Positions 8,790 through 19,928 of a stretch of 54,384 nucleotides of DNA are shown here, piece by piece. The DNA is from Callorhinchus milii (taxonomy: Eukaryota): positions 124,001 through 178,384 of the forward strand of contig NW_024704836.1 in assembly GCF_018977255.1 (NCBI RefSeq). Direction: 5' to 3'. The translations under genes were made by a program, and so were the position numbers. The stretch's first letter is position 1. Each line of letters starts with the position of its first letter. The notes under the pieces are model-generated. The model worked only from the letters and a program-made list of their open reading frames with translations, did not search any database and was not told the origin of the DNA.

Positions 8790-11541
8790 TCTCTATAAAG
8801 TAGATTGTGAAGTGTGAGATACATCGATGATAAGGAGATGAAGATAGAGAGGGATACAGAGGGAACAGAACAAGGTGTGGGTGAGATAGAGTGAGGGTCC
8901 ATTGCTGTCCTGAAAATACTCCTTGATTTAGAGTCAGAAACACGGAGGGAATGGTTCAGGGAGTCGGTGAGATGAGCCTGAAATTGGTCCCAGAATAGGA
9001 ACAGGCACAGAGCGGGACAGAGCGGGGAGATGGTGAGATGGAGTGAAGGTCTACTCCTGCCCTTCAATTAGTTCCAAATTAAGAGATCGAGACACGGAGG
9101 GGAGTTAGGGAGATGGAGAAATAGGGTTGGACGTTGAGAGAGAGAGAGAGAGACAGAGAGATATAAAGAGCCAGAGATAGATCATTTGTGTTTGGACAGT
9201 AAGGTGTCTGGCATATGTGGAAATCCTTCATCGTGCTTGCGAGGATTCAAATCAAATAGTATTCCATGCATTCCACCTGCACACAGAAATGTGATATTTA
9301 TCACAGAGATATTTATTGCAATGGAAGGTCCACACCCGGCTTCAGGAAAGTAGTTAAACACCGTTTAGTAAGAGCCGAGGCTTGCAGATGGAAAAACAGA
9401 AAGAGAGACTGAGAGAGAGGGAGATGGACAAACTGAACCATAGAATAGAAATGTTACGGCAGAAGAAAGCAATTGGGTCCACTGTGTCTGTGCTGACTCC
9501 CTCAGGAGCAATCCTTTCAGTTCCACTTGTCTGCTCTTTTTCATGTGTTTTTCTAGTTCTCTATCGAAACTCTCGATCATGTCAAGCCTCAACATGTTTT
9601 TGTTCCAGTGCAGTGGAAAACTCCCGGTAGTTATCTCCGTCTCTCTATAAAGTAGATTGTGAAGTGTGAGATACATCGATGATAAGGAGATGAAGATAGA
9701 GAGGGATACAGAGGGAACAAAACAAGGTGTGGGTGAGATAGAGTGAGGGTCCATTGCTGCCCTGAAAATACTCCTTGATTTAGAGTCAGAAACATGGAGG
9801 GAATAGTTCAGGGAGTCAGTGAGATGAGCCTGAAATTGGTCCCAGAACAGGAACAGGCACACGGTGGGACAGAGCGGGGAGATGGTGAGATGGTCTACTC
9901 CTGCCCTTCAATTGGTCCAAAATTAAGAGATCGAGACACGGAGGGGAGTTAGGGAGATGGAGAAATAGGGTGGGAAGTTGAGAGAGAGAGCCAGGGAGAC
10001 ACAGAGACAACAACAACAACAACAAGATTCCATTTATAGAGCGCCTTTCACGTCAGGAGGACGTCCCAAGGCGCTGCACAGTTGGGTCATGACCCGAGCA
10101 GGGGGGAAATGGTCAGGGTGAGGGGAGGGAAGGGAGGGAGAGAGGAGGGGGGAAATGGTCAGGGTGAGGGGAGGGAAGGGAGATGGAGAAATAGGGTTGG
10201 ACGTTGAGAGAGAGAGAGAGAGAGACAGAGAGATATAAAGAGCCAGAGATAGATCATTTGTGTTTGGACAGTAAGGTGTCTGGCATATGTGGAAATCCTT
10301 CATCGTGCTTGCGAGGATTCAAATCAAATAGTGTTCCATGCATTCCACCTGCACACAGAAATCCCAGCGATATTTATTGCAATGGAAGGTCCACACCCGG
10401 CTTCAGGAAAGTATTTAGACACCGTTTAGTAAGAGCCGAGGCTTGCAGATGGAGAAACAGATAGAGAGACTGAGAGAGAGGGAGATGGACAAACTGAACC
10501 ATAGAATAGAAATGTTACGGCAGAAGAAAGCCATTGGGTCCACTGTGTCTGTGCTGATTCCCTCAAGAGCAATCCTTTCAGTTCCACTTGCCTGCTCTTT
10601 CTCATGTGTTTCTCTAGTTCTCTATTGAAACTCTCGATCATGTCAAGCCTCGACATGTTTTTGTTCCAGTGGAATATTCCCAGTAGTTATCACCATCTCT
10701 CTGTAAAGAAGATTGTGAAGTGTGAGATACATCGATGATAAGCAGATGAAGATAGAGAGGGATACAGAGGGAACAAAACAAGGTGTGGGTGAGATAAGAG
10801 TGAGGCTCCATTGCTGCCCTGAAAATACTCCTTCATTTAGAGTCAGAAACATGGAGGGAATGGTTCAGGGAGCGGTGAGATGAGCCTGAAATTGGTCCCA
10901 GAATAGGAACAGGCATACGGTGGGACAGAGATGGGAGATGGAGTGATGGTCTACTCCTGCCCTACAATTGGTCCCAAATTAAGAGATCGAGACATGGAGG
11001 GGAGTTAGGGAGATGGAGAAATAGGGTGGGACATCGCGAGAGAGAGCCAGAGAGACACAAAGACATAAAGAGCCAGAGATAGATCGTTTGTGTTTGGACA
11101 GTAAGGTGTCTGGCATATGTGGAAATCCTTCATCGTGCTTGCGAGGATTCAAATCAAATAGTGTTTCATGCATTCCACCTGCACACAGAAATCCCAGAGC
11201 TATTTATTGCAATGGAAGGTGCAGTCTCTCACTGGAAGGACGCACCCGGCTTCAGGAAAGTATTTAGACACCGTTTAGTAAGAGCCGAGGTTTGCAGATA
11301 GAGAAACAGAAAGAGAGACTGAGAGAGAGAGGGAGATGGACAAACTGAACCATAGAATAGAAATGCTACGGCAGAAGAAAGCCATTGGGTCCACTGTGTC
11401 TGTGCTGACTCACTCAGGAGCAATCCTTTCAGTTCCACTTGTCTGCTCTTTTTCATGTGTTTTTCTAGTTCTCTTATCAAAACCCTCGATCATGTCAAGC
11501 CTCAACATGTTTTTTGTTCCAGTGGAAAATTCCCGGTAGTT
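8790..11541. repeat. Three tandem copies of an 0.85-1.05 kb unit in the J-C intron
   Basis: Units start near 8790, 9641 and 10698 (CTCTATAAAGTAGATTGTGAAGTGTGAG-like). Each contains a decayed minus-strand CR1 3' end. Confidence 0.88.
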
Positions 11542-11781
11542 ATAACTGTTATTGCATATTATTAGCCTCTAAAAGTTTGAGTAAATGGACGTGTGTTTTG
11601 CCTTTTCAAACATTAGTTGCCCTCCGAACATCCGGGCGCAATTTTCGCATCCAAGAATGTTAGACAAATTGTAGTCAGAATATTCAACTATATCCTCCCC
11701 AACACTCTCACTGTTCTCGGACACTACAGACTTGACCTCTTTCAGTTCCATTAATTACTGCACATCCTCCTCACCCTGAAG

Positions 11782-12055
11782 GAGTCCTGTAGCTCAGTAG
11801 TCAGAGCTCTCGCCTCGCAAGCAAGAGATCTGGGTTGGATTCCCGGCAGTGCGAAACCTTGGGCGAGTTTCCTTACCCACGCGCCTGACAATAACCCCTC
11901 AAGAGGAAAAAGAAAAACACAGTAAATTGGTCACTCAACCCACCACCGTTTGTGGGGACGGCGCTGTGCGCAATTAATTATACAGTTAATTCGCTTTACG
12001 GTATATTCTGTGAAGCGCTTTGAGACGTCTAGAAGACATGTAAAGCACTTTATCA
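11782..12055 (+). mobile_element. tRNA-derived SINE (Deu-SINE / SacSINE1-like tail)
   Basis: tRNA-like head GAGTCCTGTAGCTCAGT..GGTTGGATTCCC and tail TGTGAAGCGCTTTGAGACGTC. Many related fragments occur elsewhere (e.g. 7660-7750, 20460-20640, 22020-22200, 33790-34150, 35400-35660). The family name comes from recalled consensus. Confidence 0.7.
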
Positions 12056-12689
12056 GTTCCTCGCCCTCGCAAATTTCCATGAGCTGTTCACATACACCCC
12101 CACCACCCCCCACCCCACGTCCCAGTTCCTCTGGCTCCCAATCCACCAAAGATTTGTGTTCAAGAACTTCGTCCTCCCATTTAAAGCCATCCATGGTCTT
12201 GCTCCTCGCTACCTCTGTGACGAAATAAACCTTTACCAACCTGTCCGCTCCCTCCGCTCAGTGGGCATTGGCCTCACCCATGTCCCATCCCTCTGCCATC
12301 AACAATAGGGCCTTCAATCTTCCTGCCCCCATCCTCCATCCCTCTGCCATTCCCCCTCCCATGGCTCCTTCAAGCCACGTCTAAAGACCTTCCACTTCGA
12401 CTGTGCCTTCAGCCACCCACCCGCCCGCTCTCCTTTTGCACTCCACCCTGTTGGTTCCAACTCCCAGGTTGGGTGCAAATCCTCCGCTCTTCAGTGGGAT
12501 ATCCTGCCAACATGAACTGGGGAATATAAACGCAAAGTGATGTTGTTTTATACTCAATAAGTTACGACCATTCTCGTCCATAAAACATTGATGAAATACT
12601 CATTACGTATCTCTGACAGACCCTCATTTTGTATGACTAGATTTCCCTTTTTGCTTCCATCTGACTGTAACTTTCATAGAATCATAATA

Positions 12690-13002
12690 ATAATAATCCT
12701 TGCATTTTGATATAGCGCTTTTCACGTCGGGAGGACGTCCCAAAGCGCTTCACAGAACACACTGTAAAGTGAATTGACTGTATATTTGTGGGCGAACGCG
12801 GCAGCCAATTGCGCACAGCAATGTCCCACAAACAGTCGTAGATTGAAAATGACCCATTTATTATTGTGTTTTGTTTTGGAGGATTATTATTAGGCTCTGT
12901 GTGGAGTAAGGAAACTTGCCCAAGGTTTCGCCCTCTGCCTGGAATTGAACTCAGGTCTCTCGCTTGCAAAGCGAGTGCTCTAACCACTGAGCTACAGGAC
13001 TC
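12690..13002 (-). mobile_element. tRNA(Ala)-like SINE, inverted relative to the 11782 copy
   Basis: Reverse complement head GAGTCCTGTAGCTCAGTGGTTAGAGCACTCGCTTTGCAAGCGAG..GAGTTCAATTCC, then the same body and an (ATT)n tail. Confidence 0.75.
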
Positions 13003-13429
13003 CACTACAGAAATTATGCAGCACAAAAGGAGGCCATTCGGCCCATCGTGTCTGCTTGAAAAGAGCTTGCAAATCAATCACCCTCCCCAGCTCTCTCTCC
13101 CTATATAATTATCTGCTTTCCTCTTAAAAGTTGCTATCAGGCAATGTATTCCAGATCCGAACAACTCGCTGTGTGAAAACATTTCTTCTCACCTCCCGTT
13201 TCTTTAACAACTATAACTATATTCTTTTAACTAGATTTTTTGTGTGGGTCTTTAAAATCTTTTTAGTATTTTTCTATATGCTGCATCTGCGTCTTTCCTT
13301 GTATCCCCTTTTGGTCTTATCAAGTCTCCTTTTTTTTCTCTCTCTCTCTACTTTCTCTATCTGCCTAATGCTCTTTTCGTGTTACTAACATTGCATTTTT
13401 TATATGCAGAGCGCGAGGGAGAGGGGGAT

Positions 13430-15180
13430 ACATAAGAACTTAAGAATTAGGAGCAGGAGTCGGCCATTCGTGCCTGCCCCGCCATTCAATAAGATCATGG
13501 CTGATCTTCAAACCTAACTCTGATTACCTGCTCTATCCCCATATCCCTCTATTTTTCAAGAATCTTATCAGTCTCAGCCTTGAAAATGTTCAAGGACTGA
13601 GCATCTACAGCCTTCTGGGGGAGTGAATTCCATAAGTTCACTACCCTCTGAGTGAAGAAATGTTTCCTCAACTCTGTTCTAAAAGGCTGACCCTTAATTT
13701 TCAGACTATGACCCCCGGTTATAGGTTCTCCATCCGGGGAAACAGTCCCTCTGTGTCTACTTTATCAGCCCTTTAAGAATCTTATATGTTTCAATAAGAT
13801 CCCCCCTAATTCTTCTGTACTCCAGAAAATACAGTCCTAGTTTATTCAGCCTCTCCTCATAGGTCAGTCCCCTCATCCCAGGAACTAACCGAGTGAATCT
13901 ACGCTATACCCCTTCGAGGGCAAGTATGTCCTTTTTTAAATAAGGAGACCAAAACTGCACACAATACTCTCGGTGCGGTCTCACCAAAGACCTACACAGT
14001 TGCAGCGAGACTTCCCTACTCTTATATTCTAAACCTTTTGCAATGAACGCTAACTGCCGTTCGCCTTCTTAGTTGCTGCTGCACCTGCAAACTAACTTTT
14101 TGGGACTGGTGTACAAGGACACCCAAATCCCTCTGAACACTAACACTATCTAACTTCTCCCCTTCCAGAAAATAATCTGTTCTTTTATTCTTGCTACCGA
14201 GGTGAATAATTTCACATTGAATTCCATCTGCCACCTACTTGCCCACTCCCCGAGCCTATCCATATCACGTTGCAATCTTTTTGCATCATCCTGAGAGCTC
14301 ACTCTGTCGCCGAGTTTAGTATCATCCTCGAATTTAGACACATTACATTCAATGTCCTCGTCCAGATCATTGATGTAAATAGTAAATAGCTGAGGCCCAA
14401 GCACTGATCCTTGTGGCACTCCACTAGTTACATCTCCTGCCAATTCGAGAATGATCCGTTTATCACTACTCTCTGCTTTCTACCCGATAGCCACTCTTCT
14501 ATCCATGTTAATATTTTCCCATTAATCCCGTGGGCCTTGATCTTGAGTAACAGCCTTTTGTGTGGCACCTTGTCAAATGCCTTCCTAAAATCCAAATATA
14601 CCACATCTACTGGTTCCCCCTTATCCAACCTGCTGGATACATCCTCAAAAAATTCTAAAAGGTTAGTCAAGCATGACTTTTGTAAAGCCATGTTGACTCT
14701 GCCTAATCTTTTTATGGTCTTCCAGGTATCCCATAACTACGTCTTTTATTAAGGACTCAAGAATTTTCCCTACAACTGACGTCAAACTAACTGGTCTATA
14801 GTTTTCCCTATTTTCTCTCCCACCCTTCTTAAATAGTGGAGTTACGTTTGCAATCTTCCAATCAATGGGAACTTTTCCAGTATCCACAGACTTTTGGAAG
14901 ATTACAGACATGCCATCCACTATCTCAGTAGCCGCCTCCTTTAAAACTCTCGGATGCAGGCCATCCGGTCCAGGGGATTTATCGGTTTTAAGACCCGACA
15001 ATTTACCGAGAACCATCTCTTTACTAATGTTAATCTCCCTAAGTTGCTCGCTAACATTGGCTTCTTGGTCCTCTATTTTTGGTATGTTTCCAGTGTCTTC
15101 TACGGTGAAGACTGTAGAAAAATACTTGTTTAATGACTGTGCCATGTCTTTGTCCCCTATTATAATTCCTCCGGTCTCTG
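13430..15180 (-). mobile_element. 5'-truncated, frameshifted CR1 LINE (reverse transcriptase)
   Basis: ORFs 14663-15145, 14428-14691 and 14150-14443 carry NYRPVSLTS, YLDFRKAFDKVPH, GVPQGSVLGP and DDTKL. CATAAGAA tail at about 13430. Confidence 0.95.
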
Positions 15181-15580
15181 CCCGATACGGAGAGAAATTG
15201 AGAGAGAGAGAGAAATAGAAATATGGAGAGAAAGATAGACAGTTAGGGATAGATTGATAGCGAGAGATACTGAGACAGAGAGAGGGAGAGAAAGATAGTC
15301 AGAGAACGAGACAGTTAGAGAGACAGACAGAGAGACACACACAGAGACAGAGACAGAGGACACAGAAAGAGGTAAACAGTGACAGACAGATATCTATAAC
15401 ATCTCTAATTCTCTCCATGTCTTATTCTCTTACATTTTCTCTCCCATTCTCTCTCTTTCTCGCTCTCCTTCTTATTTTTCTCTCATTCCCTCTTTCCGTC
15501 TTTTATTCTCTCCCTTACTCTTTCTCATTCACACTCTCTCTCTCTCATTCCTTCTCTTTCTCTCCCTATTGCTCCCTCAG

Positions 15581-15732
15581 GGAAAAATGACAAAGTAAAC
15601 CCACCCAACGTCTTCCTGTACGATGCATCCCACGACGAGCTGAGGACAGAGAAACGGGGAACATTTGTGTGTCTTGTCTCCGATTTTTACCCGGACGCAG
15701 TTCAGATAGAGTGGGAAATTAATGATGCGCTG
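15581..15732 (+). CDS. TRBC: TCR beta C exon 1 (N-terminal half of the Ig C1 domain)
   Basis: Polypyrimidine tract and CAG acceptor in phase 1. Encodes KNDKVNPPNVFLYDASHDELRTEKRGTFVCLVSDFYPDAVQIEWEINDAL; GTGAGT donor in phase 0. Confidence 0.93.
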
Positions 15733-16221
15733 GTGAGTATCTCTCAAGAGTGTTAAATAATCTGATTAGAACAAGAAAATTAACAGGAGAATCCCTACAT
15801 TCGGTGTATTGTACCACATTTCACATCCCCAAGCGCGAGGCTGCGATCTTGAATGCACGACTCTCCGATTCAGAGGCGAAACAGCGAGCGACTGATCCGA
15901 GCTGAGATACGGGGTCGGGTTCGAATTTAACAACGGTACCAAAAAAGCTCACAACATGACGACGATCAAACATGGCTGCCACTAACATTCTTGTCCCGAA
16001 ATGGCTGCCCCTGTGGTCTTAAAGTTGGCCTAAGCGAAAAGCACGGTGGTCGGAAAATTATGCATTGGTCAAACCCTGTCAATCAGGCTCCGGTTTCTGA
16101 GTCAGAAGTTTGTGGAGTTGAGATCCCCCCCCTCCCAATCTAGCTTCAGTCAGACTGACACTGTGCCCTTGTGTCCCCTTGAATGGTTAGTCAATTGGCA
16201 GATCGCTTTGGAGGAGAAATA

Positions 16222-17345
16222 GAACATAATTAGGAGCAGGAGTAGGCCATTCGGCCCCTCGAGCTGCCCCGCCATTTGATAAGGTCACGGCTGATCTTCT
16301 GACCTCACTCTAATTACCTGCTCTATCCCCATATCCGCTAATCCCTCTATTTTTTAAACATCTCTCAGTCTCAGCCTTGAAGATGTTCAAGCACTGACAT
16401 CTACAGCCTTCTGGGGGAGTGGATTCCATAAAGTCACAGCCCTCTGAGTGAAGAAATGTTCCCTCAACTCTGTTCTAAAAGGCTGACCCTTAATTTTAAG
16501 ACTGTGACCCCCGGTTATAGATTCTCCCACCGGGGAAACAGACCCTCAGTGTCTACTTTATCAGCCCTTTAAGAATCTTATATGTTTCAATAAGATCCCC
16601 CCTAATTCTTCTGTACTCCAGAGAATACAGCCCTGGTTTATTCAGCCTCTCCTCATAGGTCAGTCCCCTCATCCCAGGAACTAACCGAGTGAATCTACGC
16701 TGCACCCCCTCGAGGGCAAGTATGTCCTTTTTCAAACAAGGAGACCAAAACTGCACACAATACTCTTGGTGCGGTCTCACCAAAGCCCTATAGTTGCAGC
16801 GAGACTTCCCTACTCTTGTACTCTAAACCTTTTGCAATGAACGCTAACTGCCGTTCGCCTTCTTAGCTGCTGCTGCACCTGCAAACTAACTTTTTGGGAC
16901 TGGTGTACGAGGACACCCAAATCCCTCTGAACACTAACACTATCTAATCTCTCCCCCTCCAGAAAATAATCTGTTTTTCTATTTTTGCCACCGAGGTGAA
17001 TAACTTCACACTTACCCGCATTAAATTCCATCTGCCACCGACTCGCCCACTTCCCTCGCCATCTATATCCCGTTGCAATCTTTTTGCATCATCCTCAGAG
17101 CTTACTCTCCCATCGAGTTTAGTGTCATCCGTGAATTTAGATACGTTACATTCAATGTCCTCGTCTGGATCATTGATGTAAACTGAGGCCTACGCACTGA
17201 TCCTTGTGGCACTCCACTAGTCACCGCTGGCCAATTCGAGAATGACCCGTTTATCCCTACTCTCTGTTTTCTACCCGTTAACCACTCTTCAATCCTTGCT
17301 AATATGCTCCCATTAATCCCGTGGGCCTTAACCTTGCAATAAACC
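16222..17345 (-). mobile_element. Truncated CR1 LINE in the intron that splits the C domain
   Basis: ORFs 16553-16783, 16810-17031 and 17102-17479 show CR1 RT motifs ([20 protein letters not shown]). Confidence 0.92.
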
Positions 17346-17834
17346 CTTCCAAGTAAATAAATAATTCCGCGTGTGTTTGTGGGACACGACTGTGCACAAT
17401 TTGCTGCCGCCATTCCCCTGCAAAATAAATGCACAGTCACTCCACTTTGCAATATATTCGGAGAAAGGCTTTGAGACATCTAAATGACGCTTTAAGGGGC
17501 TATATCAAATGCAAGGAATGCTGTCGTTATTTACAGCGGATGTTAAAAATCTCTGCAAGGCTGCTGGCTGGTGGGGAGGGGGGGGGAGTGGAGAGATCTG
17601 CTCACAGCTCAGGGCTGAAATCCCACCCGCTGATAGATCGACTCGAATATGAAGCTGGTCAGGAACTAGGGAAAGAGATACTGCTGTGGTCAACTGTGTA
17701 ATTGGTCACGGATTTTGAGACAGAAACATAGTCGTGGAGTTCACAGCAGTCGTAGAGACGGAGCGATGGTCTGCTCCTGCCCTGAAATTGGTTCCGAGAC
17801 ATTTCCTAATGTGGATTTTTTTTTTTTTTTACAG

Positions 17835-18036
17835 GTTAAGAATGAGGACAGCAGACCAATTCACACCGATTTAAAATCCCTCAAGTCAAAATCCAGCTCA
17901 ACGTATTCTGTGAGCAGTCGCCTCCGTCTCTCTGTAAACCACTGGGCTGATGCCAAACTTATAACCTGCCGCGTCACCCACTTTGGGGAAGGAACTACTA
18001 TAACGAAACACGAGGCAAAGGTGAAACCAAAAGGAG
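17835..18036 (+). CDS. TRBC: TCR beta C exon 2 (C-terminal half of the Ig C1 domain)
   Basis: T-tract and CAG acceptor. Encodes VKNEDSRPIHTD..YSVSSRLRLSVNHW..ITCRVTHF..KPKG; GTAAAT donor in phase 1. Confidence 0.93.
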
Positions 18037-18149
18037 GTAAATACACATAAATCTGTGTGTGTGCGTGTGTGTCAAAGTGTTTGTTTCGTTCATAAAACCC
18101 TCAGGCAGGTGTCAAAATGCATCAAAATACCAGCCGGTCTTGACCCAAC

Positions 18150-18560
18150 AATTTATATTTATATAGTAGTGCCCCAGAGCACTTGACAGAGGTGGAGCAT
18201 GACCCTGAGCAGCGGAGGGGCAAGGTGACCAAGGCTCGGTTGAAGGGGAAGGTCTTCAGGAATGATCGGAACATGGGGAAGGATGGGACAAGATGGAGGG
18301 ATAGGGAGAGAGTGTTCCAGTGTTTTGGGGAGTGCCTGAACGCACAGCCATGATTAGAGGGCATGTGGATTGATGTGGACGTGTCTGCAGGAGGCAGAGT
18401 TTTGGATTAAATGGATTTTGTGGATAGTGTAGCTGGGAAGACTGGCGAGGTGGGCATTTGAGTAGGTGAGATGGGAGTTGATGAACGCGTGGATGAGAGT
18501 TTCGACTGGGTTTGAACCCATCACCATGAGCAGCCGGGGCATCTGACACACACTGTAGCG
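18150..18560 (-). mobile_element. Decayed L2-type LINE 3' fragment
   Basis: ORF 18354-18566 reads ETLIHAFINSHLTYSNAHLASLP..LIQNSA, resembling the L2 ORF2 C-terminus. Similar pieces at 12100-12430 (+) and 26235-26680 (-). Confidence 0.7.
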
Positions 18561-19094
18561 TTCCAAACGAGACTTATCATTTCCACCTGGTCCCTGAAAG
18601 CTCTTTCAGTAGGAAGGTAAGTGAGGTCTTCTTGATGCTGAACTGGCTCCAAGCAGTGTCAGAATCAATTCCACCCCAAATGGTGGCCTCGGTAGTCTGG
18701 TTCCTGAACCAGATAGGTCAGCAGTACTCCAGGGCATGGCTGCTGGCAGCCCAAACCCATCCCCAACAAGACTTAGAGCTGCAGAAAAATCACAGACGTC
18801 AGTCAGGGCTTTCGCTCCGGAGCCGAATGGGAAGAATCCCAGCCTCTCCATGGTGTGCTACCCTCCAAGTACTATCGACCAGACGGGCTGGGCTGGTCTG
18901 TGGGACAGTGACCTACAGGACTGTCAGAGAGAAAGAGAGAGAGAGAGGAGGGTGGTGGGGGGGGGCGGGGGGGTGAGGGGAGAGAGAGGTATCCAGAAAG
19001 GAAATTTCAACATTCCAATCATTTGGAAAGCTATCTCAGGTCTGAGGTGATGAAGCAAAATGTAGTAATTTCTTCTCATTTATTTCCCCTCCAG

Positions 19095-19118
19095 GGATCT
19101 GTTACTCTCTGACAAAAG
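19095..19118 (+). CDS. TRBC: TCR beta C hinge exon (GICYSLTK, interchain Cys)
   Basis: 24-nt exon between CCAG and GTGAGT, phase 1/1, in frame with its neighbours. Confidence 0.85.
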
Positions 19119-19662
19119 GTGAGTGGGAAAGACTGGACATATATTCTGGATAAGTAAGGGGATATTGAGGTATTAAATGAGATGGAGGAACAAACAAACA
19201 AACAAACAACAACAAATTACATTTGCGTAGGAGATAGATAAGAGACTTGGGAGGTATGTAAATGAACCGAAGTACAAACAAACAACAACTTGGATTTATA
19301 TAGCGCCCTCCACTCCGGAGACGGCGTCTCAGAGCGCTTAAGAGGTAGACAGATGGAGACTTGGGGAGTTAGAGTGGATTGGGGTGTGAGAGGAGGATGG
19401 ATGGAGAATTGTGGGGTCAGATCATGGCTTGATCGACAACAGCAGCAGCAAATCACATCGGGAGGCCGTCCCAAGGGGCTGAAGTGTGAGACGGAGATGG
19501 ATTGAGTCTTGAGGATTAAGGGCGTGGATTATGTTGTGAGAAGGAGATGATTTGAGACCTAAGGAGTAAAAGGGTGGTTCGAGATGTGGGAGGGAGGTGG
19601 AGAGAGAATTGAGGGGTGAAGAGGATAGATTCATTGACTTACAAATTTCTGTTGCTTCTTAG

Positions 19663-19769
19663 ATGAAATGCAGGAGAGAATGGTGACTGGAAAATTGACC
19701 TATCTCCTCCTAGTCTGTAAAAGTGTTCTCTATGGCGTTATGATATCCTTCATTGCCTGGAAAACCAAG
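19663..19769 (+). CDS. TRBC: TCR beta C transmembrane exon
   Basis: DEMQERMVTGKLTYLLLVCKSVLYGVMISFIAWKTK, with the TCR-beta Y..K..Y TM motif; TAG acceptor and GTAAAA donor. Confidence 0.93.
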
Positions 19770-19901
19770 GTAAAAATTAAACAGTTTCACTCAATAAGTG
19801 CGAGTTGTTACTAAGCTTTCAGACGTGTGTGAGGTGGGAGCGTTGAGTGTTGTGGGAAACTAAAACTAAATTATACATTTTATTCCCGTTTTTCTCCCCA
19901 G

Positions 19902-19928
19902 TCTCTTTCCAGGAAGCAATTTGACTGA
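19902..19928 (+). CDS. TRBC: TCR beta C cytoplasmic exon (SLSRKQFD-stop)
   Basis: CAG acceptor at 19901, phase 0, TGA at 19926-19928. AATAAA at 19979-19984. Confidence 0.8.
   Translation, partial: SLSRKQFD

Noticed and set aside
9478-9490. CACTGTG heptamers in the J-C intron repeats as cryptic J RSS
   Set aside because: There is no nonamer at 12 or 23 nt and no FGXG frame or donor; the sequence is part of a decayed CR1 3' end.
11569-11751. 60-aa acidic minus-strand ORF in unique sequence
   Set aside because: It is short, with no recognisable domain or splice context.
12930-13002. Apparent tRNA-Ala(TGC) gene
   Set aside because: The acceptor stem does not pair and the sequence continues into a SINE body and tail present in many copies.
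18590-18910. Unique-looking block with 80-114 aa ORFs in a C intron
   Set aside because: It shows no identifiable motif or splice frame and is probably a decayed TE fragment; unsupported.
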